In this document: piece after piece, positions 1 to 13,470 of the stretch
How positions within the stretch are numbered: position 1 is the first letter of the stretch
How the letters are laid out: each line of letters opens with the position of its first letter
Assembly (NCBI GenBank): GCA_964036045.1
Contig: OZ038379.1
Coordinates: 9,176,001-9,240,000 of the forward strand
Direction of reading: 5' to 3'
Source: Eutreptiella sp. 'Long Island Sound 2002'
Lineage: Eukaryota > Protista > Euglenida
DNA length: 64,000 nucleotides
Notes under the pieces: generated by a model
The model's database searches: none
What the model was told of the DNA's origin: nothing
Seen by the model: only the letters and a program-made list of their open reading frames with translations
Program-made: the position numbers and the translations under genes

Positions 1-1495
1 GTGCATCACCGGGGTGGCATGAGGTGCCGCCCTGTGACGCGTGTGTATCCTTCATCTTTTTGTTTTTATGAGTTCTGCTCATTCGCATTGAGTGGACACA
101 CAATACCACACAGACTGGCTGCACACCGTCAGCGATAGCCGTAATACCAAATGGCTGTCCGTCAGCACGTCTTCACGCCTCTCAGGAGCAGTCGGTTAAT
201 GGCCATGAGGTTCAGGGCGCTTGGCGGCTGACACGGCCGTCGGCAGGTAGTCGACGGTGTACACTGGTCCACGGATAGCCAGCGGACAAGTGTGGGACTG
301 GGGTCATGGTATGCACAGTCAGGCCTGCGCCGGACCCCCGGACCCCATGTCAAACACGTGTCATGGGGCACATGACGTGACATGGGCAGACTCAACACCA
401 ACAAGAGGCAGGACGTTGTTACTTGGTACCATTGTCAGCTGTCCTTCTTGCTGTCGCTACTCTCACGGGTAGTGGCAGTCACTACTGGAGTCAAAATCGC
501 CACTGGGGATGGGCGACAGTGAATTGAAAGAAAATGTATCCTCCAATTGAAACGGTGCTTCATCAGGTCAATATTCCCAATCCTCACCCCCTTCACCATC
601 CTCGAAAAAGCAGAGCACTCTCCTTCGGAATGGTCAGGCACAAAACCTCTGTTCTGGTGTCCCTTGCGCTGTCTTAGTGTCCCACGGTTTGCTAGCTGCA
701 CCACAGGCCAGCGATGCACTTGGCAGTCACAGTTCCTTCCGGTTGGCTTCCGTTGGGGAAGACCCCTGGCCCTCAACTGTTTTACTGCACCTGCAGTGTA
801 CTGTGGGGGGGTTGTCTAGCGGTGGACTGCCCTTTGTGAGCTGCGGGACGGACATTCCAGTCTCACCACGTGCCATCTACCACCAACAAGCAGGTCACCT
901 ACCGGGGGGGGGGCGGGGACACAGGGTAGAATTTCTGTGTCACAAATTCTGTGCAGAATGTTTGTGCGCAATTTGTTCGGTGTGTTTAAAGATTTGCACG
1001 GGTATGCGTTCCGCTGTGCCTTCGCTCACTTGTACCATGGCAGAGGATTTGGTGAATGATGATTGGGTTCCCTTGGAAGTCGCAGAAGTGCTGATGTGGT
1101 GTTTCCTCATTTGTAGTGCTCCTGGGGCATTCAATGGGGTGCAGACAAGAGTGCTGGTCGATGCACCAGGAAAGTCCTCCGGGAAATAACAGCAGCCGTC
1201 CACCGTTTCTCATGAGCAATTTTTGCCAACCCTGCATGGCTTGTTCGCTCATTTTTATGAAATGGCACGGGTTTTGTCGCGCCAGAATTTGTAGATCCGG
1301 AGTTTCCTAGGCACGGAATCCTCCCCCCCCCTCCCCCGGTAAAAGATATGGAACTGGGCGCTGGTGGTACTGCACGGCCTTCTACCAGCCTGCATGGGAC
1401 ACACCCCCATCCCCCCGCCGGCAAGTTGACTGTCCTCCATTCCATGCCCGGGCAGCAACTCCAGGCATACTGGTGCCCTCATGCCTTGATCTCAG

Positions 1496-1732
1496 ACTGC
1501 GTGCCTGTGAACATGTTCATCGGACCTTCCGCAACCGTCACGAAGACAGTGGCTATCTCTGAGCCCTTGGCCTCCTGCAGTACCCCCTGCGGGCAGGGGT
1601 GCCGGGCCAACAGCGACTGGTCCGCTGCCATGGACACTTTTGGCGTCACGGTGAAACCCGGGGAGCTGGTTGTCACACGCCTGGACAGGGATGAGAATTG
1701 GGGCATGCAGTTGGAGATCCCTTGCTGCAAAG
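1496..1732 (+). CDS. Exon: small Cys-containing beta-rich module (IGPSATVTKTV...DTFGVTVKPGELVVTRLDRDENWGMQLEIPCC)
   Basis: ctcag|AC acceptor, AAAG|gtgtgc donor, 237 nt, phase 1-1. From memory, resembles a D-x-F-x-V-x-V...L-x-V-x-R-x-D...WG-x-x-L motif of protist extracellular proteins. Confidence 0.65.
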
Positions 1733-2952
1733 GTGTGCTTGGGGGTTGGGAATGCGGTGGGGGGTTTGGTATGCCGCGGGGTGTGTGAGCCTCTGAAGCA
1801 GTACGGGGTGGGGGTGGGGGTGGGAAAGGGACTGAGATGTCGGGCCCCGGATGAAACCCGGAGTCTGAGGACCGCCGGTGGCTCAAAAATAGGGCTTCCA
1901 AGCAGCTGCGGGTGAGAATGACATCGCCAGCGATGTTGTTGTTTGGGGCGGTTTGAATCCATGTTGGTTTGGGTACCCCGTTTTTTTGGGGGGGGGGGGG
2001 CTTTATCTTCTTGATTAGCACCTTCGAAACGGGTTCCCCAATTAAGGATCAAAAACTCACGAGTTCCCAGATATGGTTAGGAGGGGGTTGGGTTGGGTTG
2101 GGTCGGGTCGGGGCTTGCACCGGAGGCGGGTTCCCACCGGGTCCAACCCCGGCTGTCTGGTCTCACAGCCCCAGAGACCGTTGACGACCCTTGAACCCCA
2201 CCAAGGCGCTGTTGGGATGGAGATGCTGCCGTGCCTGTGTGTATTTCACGCATGCCGGGGGGGCCTGCGGGGGGGTTCAGGGGACAGTGGCGCGCCTTTG
2301 TTCTTCTCCGGCGGGCTGCGATCCTCCTGTTGGCGTGTGGGGGGGGGATGGTGCCAGTGCTCCGGGGCCCAGCAGTGGGATAGGGGTGCCCTACACTAAG
2401 GCTGCTGGAGGAGTCTGTGGGTCAGGTGACCTGTGGCTTCCTCCAGCCCCCGACTGAACCCTCCAAAAAGGGGTGCACGGGGCGTGTGGTCTCAGGCGCT
2501 CCTTGACTAACCCAGAGGGTCACAGGTGGCGCTGCACAGAGTGCCAGACCGGCTGGGCGTCCCAGTGGATGGGAGGTCCTGAGGCGTGCTGAGCACTTCC
2601 CTGCCCCAGGAGCACTCGAGGGAGCGGAGCTCCCGGTGAGCCTGCTGCGCCCTGGTCACCTCAGACCAGACAGGACCCCGAGGGTAACACCGCTCACTGA
2701 CCCTTCCTGGGGTGGGAGGGGGGGGGGGCGGCTGGAGGTGCCTTGCCGAAGGCAATAGAATTTTGGGCTGGTGGGCCCAATTTCCCAAATGCTCGTAGAG
2801 GGAGGGGGCGAAAGGGGGGGTCCCCCACCCTTTTCCCCCTGGAAAACACACACCACCTCGTCAAGTTTGTTGGATCAAACCCATGCAGGCACGCATCTAT
2901 GGGACAATACCACAACGCCCCTCCCCTTTTTGTGCCCATTCATGTACCCTAA

Positions 2953-3130
2953 CAAGGATGTATTAGAACGGCTGACAAACATACAAGGAGCCCCCCCCCC
3001 CCCCCAGGACCAAAGTGACCACAGTGGGAAAAGACGAAATTAAGCATTGGGAAAATCTTGTCGGTCCATTTTTGGTACACAATTTTTTGGGTCCCAGACC
3101 CCCCCTCCCCTCTCTTCTAATGTATCCTTG
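2953..3130. mobile_element. MITE, 178 bp, TAA target duplication
   Basis: TIR caaggatgtattagaa / ttctaatgtatccttg (14/16 match); TAA at 2950-2952 and 3131-3133. Confidence 0.75.
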
Positions 3131-3304
3131 TAACCATACCCCAAGGGGTTAACAGTCTATCGCCGTTGGTGGCATGGGTGGGTGGGCCGGCTGGGGTTGG
3201 CCAGGGCCCCCAATGACCCCCCCAACCCCACGGGGTCATTAGGCAACAGCCTGATCTCGGGATGCATCATCCATCTGACCGCTGCCCCCACCCCTTCTGT
3301 ACAG

Positions 3305-3379
3305 CACCGAGCTGCACTGACGGCATCCAGAACGCGGATGAGACCGGAGTTGATTGCGGAGGGTCCTGCCTCGCTTGCG
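3305..3379 (+). CDS. Exon: Cys-rich repeat PSCTDGIQNADETGVDCGGSCLAC
   Basis: gtacag|CA acceptor, G|gtgtgt donor, 75 nt, phase 1-1; paralog at 6399. Confidence 0.8.
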
Positions 3380-5899
3380 GTGTGTTTTGGTGTCCCAGAA
3401 AAGGGTCCTTTGAACTCTGGCCCTCCGGGAGGTGGACATGTGCATTCGCTGTGCCCGGCAGCGGCCCATATTTTCGGTGCACAAAGTTCCTTCTGCCCTC
3501 ATACCCCCCGTCGCGTAGGCCAAACACCAAGCACAACCCTGGTATGCTCCCCTCAGTGGCACCAAACATCTCGCAGTCCCCTACACAGTGGTGCACTATG
3601 CATTGCAATGACTGCACGGATCTCCAAACACTGTTGGGAGTGTTCTGTGGTGCCTGGACATTGCAGCAAGGAACCCCCTGCAACTGCGACGAGTCTTGAG
3701 AATCCATCCTGAGACCATGCGCCCAGGCCAAGGACATGTGGTTGTTTTCGCTTGCGGTGCTTGCCTGCTCTGCAGCAATTCGTCCGTGGGATGACGCTTC
3801 GTTTCGCCCGGTGTTCCTCGGTTCACCGGTGCATCGCGGTTCCCCGCACCGGCAGATGTCGCAGCCTTTGCCTCTGCACCACCATCAGAATGTCTGCTCA
3901 AGAATGTCTGCACGGCAAAGAGGGGGGTCAGCCCCGCTCCCCCCCCGGCCCTGCTTTACGCCCAGCCCTGCCTGAAGCCGCGAACGTGAAAACCCAACAC
4001 TGAGAGCGGGGCGCATGGCGTAATGACTGGTTTGTAGGGCAGCTGGGGTCTCTGTCCAACATTTTATTTTCCCCAGGGGAAAAAATTTTTGCTTTTGGGT
4101 GGGTAGGTCCACAAGATCACCCCCCCCTTCTGTAGATAAGCACACCCCTGGAGCATAAATCATGGCATGTGCCGTTGGCACCAAAGGCGCCAGACAAATA
4201 GTTGTTGTTGCTCTTGTTGTTGTTGCCTTCAGGGTGCTGCGGTCTCATTGTTCTATACGACGTTGAAGGGGTGGTGGCTCCTCTGTACAGTTTGCCCATT
4301 CAAGCCCAGCCCTGCTCGTGGGCCTTGCAAAGGCGAGCCCCTTGATCTTAGATTTGTTTTGTGCAGCGTTGCACCGTTGGTCACAGCGTTGTGTTGTTCA
4401 TAGCCTGGGGTCCACATTGCTGACCGTGTTGGGTCTGGCTTTCGTGGGTTGTGGGCCAAGAAAATGCCTCTGGGTGGGGCTTTGACAGTCCCGTTGGGAG
4501 GAGGCGTTGGCCATCTGACCATGGTCTGCTGGACGGGGGTGCCCACGACCCGTCTGGCCCACTATGGCCGGCTGGCAGAAGCGCCGCCCGGAGTCCGGCC
4601 GGCCGGCCGAAAGTGACGGATGACGCCCCCCCCCCCCCCCCCAGAAAGGGTGGGACGACAGGGTGTACCTGTGCACAGAAGGTTGGCGGTCTGTAGTTTG
4701 TAAACACTGTCTGCCCCAAATAGATGCGGTCCGCCAATTATCCACACTGCAGGCGCATCCCCCCCGCCCCCTGCTGGACTGGAAATTAGAGCAAGTCTCT
4801 GACCCCCCCTGCCCCCCCCACACACACCATACACCACACACAACTCCATACAAGCCTCGGACTGTGCAAACCAGAATTCACTATCCTTGTGTACACAGGT
4901 GTACACAGCAACTGGAGACTTGCTGGGAAACATTAATAATGTCCCTTCACATCTACAAGGGCTTCCCCTCAGACCCCCTCCCCGCCAGACCCCCCACCCT
5001 CTAAGTCAGCTGGAAATCAGGGGTTTCAGGACGTTTCTCAGTGGCACCAACAAAAAAAATTTTCTTCGGCGCCTGGCGCATGTTGAGGGGATGCTCTGTA
5101 TTTGATATCTACCCGGTATTTCTGTTCCGAATATGACCTCCCAAAGCACCTGCTGAATTCGTCTTTCAGCTTCTGATTGGGGCTGCTGCTCTGCTCAAAG
5201 TTTGTGGGATAACGATAGACTCAAAGGTGCAAAGCGACAAGAAGCGTGCTGTACACAGAACACAACTTCCACATTGTCTTTAAGTATACCCATGGCCACC
5301 CTCCGCCGGTTTGGGACAGTGGCTCCACAAGACCACGATGGATGCAGTCCACTGCAGGCGCACACGGGGCAGCACGCCACGCCCCAGTGCCCCTGTACAT
5401 CGCGCGTGTCTCTGTCACGCACAGCCCCCGCATCAGTGCCCGGTCCCGCACGGGCTGCACCCCCAAGAGGGCCAAACGCCTCACAACAACACCACTGCCC
5501 ACTCCAAAAGCACCACAGTTCCATGTGCCGATGGGGTCACTGCCCACCAAGTTTTGCTCTTTCCTACGCCTTTTGGGGACATTCCGCGGGGGGGGGGGGG
5601 GACCCCTTCCCTCACCCCCACTCAAGCAAATCCTTTGGGGAGGGGGGGGGACTTCGGCCGTGCGGTGCCCAGTGAATGGGTTGGCCGAAAATTATTTGAA
5701 GCCCCCAATTGTTTCATTTCTGCATAGGAAATGTCTCTCTGTACTCGTGTCATTGGGTGGCTCCGTTGGCATGCCCGCGCACGTTGCAGTGGTACGCCAC
5801 TCGGTGGCAGTGGGTTGCTCAGCATGTCGCACTTTTATGGAATGCGGAAGCTCTGTGTTGCACTGTGGTCCTCCGCACCGCTCGACTGTGTTGCACTAG

Positions 5900-6127
5900 G
5901 GGTGACATGTGCCGCTTTGCCACATCAAGTCAACAACATCTGCGTTGAGACCGGCAACGTCTGTGAAGCCATGATGACGACTGCAAGGGCCACGTGCACT
6001 CAAGCGTGCGCAGCTGGCGGCATGCTCTGTGACGGCAGTTGGGACGACTTGGATAAGTGCACCCGCAAGGCCGGTCCATCGAACTGCGAAAACCCATTCT
6101 ACACTCAAATCTGCCGCTGCATGAGAG
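5900..6127 (+). CDS. Exon: Cys-rich module of unknown family (VTCAALPHQVNNICVETGNVCE...YTQICRCMR)
   Basis: cactag|GG acceptor, G|gtgacg donor, 228 nt, phase 1-1, Cys-rich open frame. Confidence 0.65.
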
Positions 6128-6398
6128 GTGACGCTCCCAGTATCTCGTCGTGTTGCACCCAACGCGCCCATCGCATGCCGATGTTGTTGGGCAGTGCGAC
6201 GTGCCGCAACCTGAGATCGCACCCCTGAGCATCCCACGAGGGACACGGATGCCAGTGTTTTTGATTTCCGGATCGTCGCAGGAATAGGCCCGCGTAAAGA
6301 TGTTGATTGCCTCGGCAGCCGCGAGAAATCCGGGGGGATCTAGGGTGCGTCGGGTCTAGGGCGTGTGTGTCTCACTGCCGCATCCACCCCCTGTACAG

Positions 6399-6473
6399 CA
6401 CCAAGCTGCTCTGATGGCATCCTGAATGGAGACGAGGCCGAAGTTGATTGCGGCGGATCCTGTGCTGCATGTG
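6399..6473 (+). CDS. Exon: Cys-rich repeat PSCSDGILNGDEAEVDCGGSCAAC
   Basis: gtacag|CA acceptor, G|gtatgt donor, 75 nt, phase 1-1; paralog at 3305. Confidence 0.8.
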
Positions 6474-7932
6474 GTATGTCCTGGTGGTTCAGGCGACACC
6501 CCTACCTGCCCCCCCCCCCCAACCCCCCTTACCCAGCACAACCGGAAGTACCAGCCGGCACGCTTGTTCCGCCTCAACGGCACCCCCCCACTTCCAAACA
6601 GGGAGCATGATATCACTCATCAGCTCAACCAATCGGTTTGCGCGCGCGTGTTGAAAAAACCAGTTGCAGCCACTTGGCCATCCAAGTGCCATTTTGGCAC
6701 CATTTGGGTGCATCACGGGTGAAACACCCCAACTTGACCCATAATTTCAAACACACGTTTTCCTGTGGCCAGGGGTCTGGGAAGATGGGGACGGGCGGGC
6801 TCGGGACTGGGGTCACTCGTAGCGGGGCCATTGATCACCGAAACAGGTGTATGGCAATGGTATCGACCGCCGAGGTACATATTGTCACAACGTACCTCTT
6901 GCCGTGGTTTTCTCCCCACGTGGCCATGAGGTGTGGTCGCTAGGTGGGTCCAAGGGCAAGGGCCACAACCTGCGGTTTTTCGCCTCAACTGTTGATAACT
7001 GTGACCACCCACAACGATCGGACACCACTGGTAACGCGTGCGTTACACCGTCGTGATGTGCTCTTTGCGACAGTGAGTGCGTGGGACACGGGGCAGGGCA
7101 ACGGGTTGTGGGAGAGTGATGTGTGCACTGCAAAGCGCAACAGGATTTTATCAACAGCCGAAAGTTGAGAGCCGGAGACCCGCAGCCCAGAGATTGCGGG
7201 ATGTCCCTCACCAAACAATGAATCAGCAGCGAGCAAGAGGGGGCACCAGCGACAGAACCACCTCGTTCAGAGCCCGCTTACCCCACGCACACAAATTGCT
7301 GTATCAGGAGGGGGGGGGGGGGGCTATCCCCCCCCCTGCCCTCCTCTCCTGTAATCCCCTGTCATCAAAAGTCTGCCTACTCCAGGGGGTCGTGCAGATT
7401 GTTGGTGTTGGTCGATGTTCGTCGATGCTGTCAGTCCACATGTGGTGACCAATTGTGGGACATAATGGTGTTGTCGCAATGCACTGACTGAAGACATCCA
7501 CAACCCGAGGGGTCAGAAATGCAAAGTTAGATCGAAACTCAGAGCCGGCTGGGGTTCCAGGCTCAGAGGCTGTGGCAAGGGCAGGGCTCTTTGGGAGTTG
7601 ATTGCAGTGGATCTCTCTCCGCTTGCCATATGCTCTGGTGGTTTGGGAGACACCCCCCCCCCCAAAAAAAAACAGGGAGCATGATATCGCTCATCAGTCT
7701 ACGGTTTGTTCTCTCTTTTTTTTTGTGGCCATGGATTTGAAAGGATTGGCGTTCAGGACTGGTGTCAGGCCAAGGATCAGGCAGTAAGACATGTGGTGTC
7801 TGAAATCACATCGATGTTGCAAGTTCAGCCTGGCCTCGAGAAAGCATCTTTGGGGTACATTTGGTTCCGATATGCCACTGGTTCTTTTGACCTCACCTAA
7901 TTCTTTTTTCCTTCATTGCCATTCTCCAAGTT

Positions 7933-7954
7933 AACCCTTACCCTAACCCTAACC
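7933..7954. repeat. Short interstitial telomere-like (CCCTAA)n
   Basis: aaccct taccct aaccct aacc. Confidence 0.5.
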
Positions 7955-8059
7955 AGGATTGAATATTGGGACCGAGCTGGTGGGGGAAGGAACATTGTCT
8001 AGGAGACTTTAACGACAAATGAGGTACGCACGGGAAAGTACGCACGGACGAGAGCGGCT

Positions 8060-8580
8060 CAAATGGGGCTCAAAATGAGCCGTATTCATCCGTTTGGGTA
8101 CCACAACTGGACTAGGATCATGTTTGGCATGGTTTTGACCCGGTTTTGAGCCCTTTCAGCCTTGAGAGGGGCCAAAATTGCTCCACATGGGCTCAAAATG
8201 GACTCATTTCACTTGTTTGTGCACCCCAAATAGTCCAAAGGTATCTTTGGGAAAACACATTTTGATCTATTTTTGACTGATTTTTGGTCCCAAAACAGCC
8301 CCTTTTCAAGGCATTTTGTGCCTCTGGTGTGGCCAAAATGGCTTGCAATGGGCTCAAAAAGGGCTCATTCCACTTGTTTAGGCACCCCAAATGGTCTAGG
8401 ATCACTTCTAGGAAGAACCCATTTTTGACCCATTTTCCACCCACTTTTTGTCCCCAAACATCCCATTTTCAAGGCATTTTGGGTTTTTAGGAGGGCCAAA
8501 ACGGGCCACAATGAGCTCAAACGCGCCACAAACACTTGTTTTGGCATTCCGAGTGGTCCAGGATCATTTTTGAAAAAAGT
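8060..8580. repeat. Degenerate ~161-bp tandem repeat, about 3.5 units
   Basis: g(g/a)gctcaaaa...cacttgttt...caaggcatttt recurs at 8189, 8350 and 8513. Confidence 0.75.
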
Positions 8581-9187
8581 CTTTTCGGCCGGTCACACCA
8601 CCGCCTAGCAGTTTGGCCGGCCAACTCGACCGGCCGAGACTGCCGGGCCGTTCCGACGCACCCCCCCCCCCCCCCCCAACATCCCCAAGTTAGGGACCCC
8701 TTTTTGCACCCACTTTCACCTATTTTCACCCATCCTTTGCTCATTTCCACCACATCCACTCCTTTCCAGGTTGATTTCTCCCCACCATGGGGACCCCAAG
8801 AAGGCAAGGGTGATGTAGCCATATTGGTTTGTCAAGCGCAGCTCTCACCACAACGCACAAGGGGACTTATGGTCACATTGCAAGTGTTTCTTGATCATTG
8901 TATGTGGTCATTAAATAAAGAAATCGGGTTCTGATTTTTTTTTGATTTTTCAGCAGCTGGAAAATCCACCCCTTGTATACTCAGCTGATCACCTCTCCAA
9001 AGCTGAATGGATGGATATCCAACAGTGACAGCGACAGTGGGACTCACTAATTCTAACCCAAACCTGCGAAGCACTCTCCAAGATCCACTCTTTTAGACCT
9101 CCCCCGTTGCCCCTTGTTCTGACCCCTCACCCCTTGCCTTGATGCCCACTCCCTCAAAGCTCCTCCACTGCCTTCCACTGCACTCAG

Positions 9188-9358
9188 CCGGGGGTGTGGA
9201 TTGCGTTGTGGGTACATGGGGCTCATGGAGTACCTGTTCAAGGACATGTGGAGGTGGATCTCAATCTCGCAGCCGATCCATCACGACCCCTCCTGAAAAT
9301 GGTGGTGCTGGATGTCCAACCACAGATCAATCCCAGTCATGCAATACTCAGGCCTGCG
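9188..9358 (+). CDS. TSP1 exon 1 (spondin-like thrombospondin type-1 repeat)
   Basis: DCVVGTWGSWSTCSRTCGGGSQSRSRSITTPPENGGAGCP...CNTQAC. ctcag|CC, G|gtatgt, 171 nt, phase 1-1. Confidence 0.9.
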
Positions 9359-10136
9359 GTATGTTGTTTGCTGTTAACACATGGGTGCGTCATGTGTGGT
9401 GATAACATGTGGCATGTTGCGGTGCAGTGTGTTGTGGTGTAGTGTGTTGAAGTGTGGTGTGGGTGTTCTGCATCCTTTGCGCATTTTGCTTCCAGCACAG
9501 TACCAGAGGCCCGTACTTTATGGTGGTGAGGATACTGTTGTTGCTTGGTACCCCTCTGTCAAGGGGATGTTGCGATGGGATCATATGCGGTCCATGGCTG
9601 TATTGGTTGTACTTCCTTATTTTGGGCAGTGGGCCAGAAGTGAGGGAGAACAGATGGGACGGAGAACAACGCACCAGAGCAGGACCATTTGAAAACGAAG
9701 CAAACTAAATCCCGTACACAGTGACCATTCGGAGTGATGACTGGGGGAACTCAGTTGGACGGGAACCCTGGGCCCCAGTCACCGTGTAGCGTCACTGCCG
9801 CGCTTTCCAGAGGCCCTGTGCTGCTCGGCCACATGCTACAGCCCTGTGTCATGTGGGGGATCTGTGTTTCTCAGTGTCTAATGGAAACACGACGAAGGGG
9901 GCTCATTAAGAGACACACTGTCAGAATGCTTGAGTGAGCATGCATGTGTGGGGGTGTGCCTGTGTTGAGGTGTGGAATGACAGGTCTTGGAGGCGCCTGG
10001 TACAAACATAAGGGTCTTTGCGATGCTTGGCTGTGCCCCGTTGCAGTGAGTGCCTTTGCACCACCGATCCAAGAGGGAAAATGGTCTTTGAGCTTACCCC
10101 TGCCGCCCTGGTCATTAGCTGTGTGTTGCTCTGCAG

Positions 10137-10301
10137 CTGTGGACTGTGTTGTGGGTACATGGGGGTCATGGGGTACTTGTTCAAAGACATGCAGAGGTGG
10201 ATCTCGATCTCGCAGCCGATCCATCACGACCTCACCTCAACATGGCGGTGCTGCATGTCCGACTACAGAGCAGTCGCAGTCATGCAATACAAACAACTGC
10301 C
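10137..10301 (+). CDS. TSP1 exon 2
   Basis: cag|CTGTG...TGCC|gtatgt, 165 nt, WxxWxxC and CSxTC motifs. Confidence 0.9.
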
Positions 10302-10436
10302 GTATGTTGTTGTTTACTGCCCATGCATGGATATAATGTGTGCAGTCTCATGTGTTCGTCATTCCAGGATCTGCTGTGGAATAACAAAGAGGCAGAATGG
10401 ACCCTTATACCAGTCGAATTTGTTGATAGCACTGTA

Positions 10437-11030
10437 CAGGGGGGGGGGATTGAGGTCCACAATTTTCCGCAATTTCCCGCAATTTATCGCAATTTCCCGC
10501 AACTTTTCCGCAATTTTGCTGCTTTGCCCTTCTTACGTGCTTGCAGGTGACTTCTCCCATGTACCAGATATGGCAGAGCAATGGAGCTTGTACATCCGTT
10601 GCAATGCCGTTGATATAAATGGTCATACTGCCTTGCAGGAATGGTGGCAATAATGCGCCCCTTCGCCTTTCCAAGAGAGGGTGCTGTTTTTGATTACACA
10701 GCCCACTTCTGGTGGTGATGTGGAACGCTTTTTCTCACAGTGTGGGACGGTTTTGAAGCGGCAACACAAATTGGATGACAACATCCGCCGCCTTCGGTTC
10801 ATGCTTCAATTCCACGGTGATATTGAGGGGTGCCTCCTGTAATTGTGCTGCCCATGGACCTTTTGTATGACTGAATGGAAAAATCTGAGCCACCTGTCCA
10901 GAACTGTTGCACCTTGAGGGTTACGGAGGGTTGCTTACAGTTCCGCAATTTTCCCGCAATTTTCCCGCAATTTTTCGCAATTGGTTTCGACCCCCCCCCC
11001 CCCGACCGCAATCCCCCCCCCCCCCCCCTG
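10437..11030. mobile_element. MITE in the TSP2-TSP3 intron
   Basis: TIR cag(g)nattg / caat(c)nctg; flanking direct repeat cactgta at 10430-10436 and 11031-11037; internal (aatttcccgc)n arrays. Confidence 0.8.
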
Positions 11031-11116
11031 CACTGTACTGAGTCTATCCACGCCAATCTAAGAGTGCAAGCCTCCTATTTGTAGCCGCTCCTCAATATCT
11101 ATGTGTTGCTATGCAG

Positions 11117-11281
11117 CTGTGGATTGTGTTGTGGGTACATGGGGGTCATGGGGTACTTGTTCAAAGACATGCGGAGGTGGATCTCGATCTCGCAGCCGAT
11201 CCATCACGACCTCACCTCAACATGGCGGTGCTGCATGTCCGATTACAGAGCAGTCGCAGTCATGCAATACAAACAACTGCC
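11117..11281 (+). CDS. TSP1 exon 3
   Basis: Same splice sites, 165 nt, phase 1-1. Confidence 0.9.
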
Positions 11282-11377
11282 GTATGTTGTTGTTTACTGC
11301 CCATGCATGGATATAATGTGTGCAGTCTCATGTGTGTACGTGTGTGGTGTGATGACGGATGGTGCTGGTGTGTTGTA

Positions 11378-11620
11378 CAAGGGGGGGGGGGAGGCTTCGG
11401 GGGGGGGGGGGAAGAATTTTTCGCAGGGAGAATCACCTCGAAGAGAGGTTGTTTGATCAAGTCCAGGTGCAGACGCCATACATCCAGAGCCCACCAGGAA
11501 ATATCAGGAAGCATAGAAACCTACCAGTAAATGACAACAAGCTTCAGGTTTCCTGGAGGTGGCGACATTTTCTCCTTCCGAAATTATCCCCGTCGAAATT
11601 GTGCCCTGGCAACCCCTCCG
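11378..11620. mobile_element. 243-bp insertion with TA duplication in the TSP3-TSP4 intron
   Basis: Absent from sister introns; gttgTA...TAttg (compare gttgtattg after exon 9); ends caagggg / cccctccg. Confidence 0.6.
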
Positions 11621-11922
11621 TATTGTTGTGTTGTGTCGTGTTGTGTCGCGCTGTGCTGTGTTGTTTTGTACTCTGAGTCTTCTGAGCAAAAGTGTGCGTG
11701 CATGTGTTTGTCTGCGCATACACACGCAAGTGTATATTTTATAGCCTGACGAGCTGTTTCTCCTTTGCCGTGCCCTGTTACCTGCAGGGGTGTTGATGTT
11801 GCGTGTTTTTGCATTGTGTGTGTTTGTGTGTGTGTGTGTGTGTGTGCACGTGCCGAGGGGGTTGCCCCAGGACTGCTCGCTGGAGCTGCTGAACAGATCA
11901 ATATCTATGTGTTGCTCTGCAG

Positions 11923-12087
11923 CTGTGGACTGTGTTGTGGGCACATGGGGGTCATGGGGTACTTGTTCAAAGACATGCGGAGGTGGATCTCGATCTCGCA
12001 CGCTACCCATCACGACCTCACCTCAACATGGCGGTGCTGCATGTCCGATTACAGAGCAGTCGCAGTCATGCAATACAAACAACTGCC
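11923..12087 (+). CDS. TSP1 exon 4
   Basis: Same splice sites, 165 nt, phase 1-1. Confidence 0.9.
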
Positions 12088-13133
12088 GTATGTTGTTGTT
12101 TACTGCCCATGCATGGATATAATGTGTGCAGTCTCATGTGTGTACCAGGCTTCGTTTATAAGAATTAAGGTGCAATGGGGGGGGGTCTGGGTGGGTGGGT
12201 CTTCAGCCAGGTGGGTGGGTCTAAAGCTTTGGACCCCCCCCTCTTATTATTCCAAGGGTTTCCTGGGTTGGGCTCCAGCCACCCCCTTCTTTCTTTGGTC
12301 ACAGGAGGCTTGTCTGGCTGGTTGCTGGTGCCCCTTTCCGCTTTGTTGTTGTGCAGGCACCACGCCAAAAGGATACAAAAAAAGTGTTTTCACCCCATGT
12401 GTTTATACTCCATATACTCGGAATTTTCAGGAGAATTTAAAAATGCACAAAAATGGGCATTTTTCCAGTCATCCCAAAATAATTATCTCATTCCTGACCG
12501 TGTGCTTGTCAAAGATGTCCAGTATCCTAGTTAGTGGAACACTGATGCACAACTGCAAGATCCTGGGTTCACTTCCTCGGGTTGGCATTTACCTGTCATT
12601 GTGCAAAAGCGGTGGAGCTGTTTTCCTTTTTTTTTCTTCCATGGCTCATCTAATTTGCAAAGGCAGGGTCATGCAGCCAATTTGGTTTACAAAAAATGCT
12701 CCCCACAGAATTATAAGGGGGGAGGTCTGGGGGGGTCTGAAAAAGTGTGTGTGCGTGCATGTGCTTGTATGTGTGTGCGCGCGCGCTTTTGACACTGCAC
12801 CTGACGAGGTCTAGTACATTCAGGCCGCCTTGACCAGTGCCCTGTTTTTCGCGTTCATCGTGAGTGCGCGCGCAATCGCGAGTGTACGTTTGGCGGCCTG
12901 ACAAGCTGTTTCTCGTAGTGCTGTGCCCTGTTGCGTGCAGGGGTGTTGATATTGCGGGCTTTTGCACTGTGTGTGCGTGCGAGTGTGTGTGTGTGTGTGT
13001 GTGTGCGTTTGTGTGCTCCCTGTACTGCAGAAAGGCGCCTATTGGCGTTGGACATGCTCTGTTTGTCTTGTCTGATGACCAACTGACGAGGACTTTTCAC
13101 TCAGCCAACAACGCTTTGTGCTGTGCATCGCAA

Positions 13134-13184
<51 letters not shown>

Positions 13185-13305
13185 GTGTGTGTGCATGGGG
13201 GCGCGATTGGTACAATCAGCAAATGCGAGTCTCTCTACACCAATCCTAGAGTGCAAGCCTCCTATTTGTAGCCCCTCCGATCAATGTTTATGTGTTGCTT
13301 TGCAG

Positions 13306-13470
13306 CTGTGGACTGTGTTGTGGGTACATGGGGGTCATGGAGTACTTGTTCAAGGACTTGTGGAGGTGGATCTCAATCTCGCACGCTACCCATCACGACC
13401 TCACCTCAACATGGCGGTGCTGCATGTCCGACTACAGAGCAGTCGCAGTCATGCAATACAAACAACTGCC
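13306..13470 (+). CDS. TSP1 exon 5
   Basis: Same splice sites, 165 nt, phase 1-1. Confidence 0.9.

Noticed and set aside
3557-3975. Cys-rich frame after cctcag, continuing past a single TGA at 3697
   Set aside because: No convincing donor or domain. It could be a missed exon but I cannot support it, and there is no readthrough-like structure.
9496-9639. Phase 1-1 candidate exon (ttccag ... A|gtgagg)
   Set aside because: Splice sites are plausible but the peptide has no resemblance to neighbouring modules.
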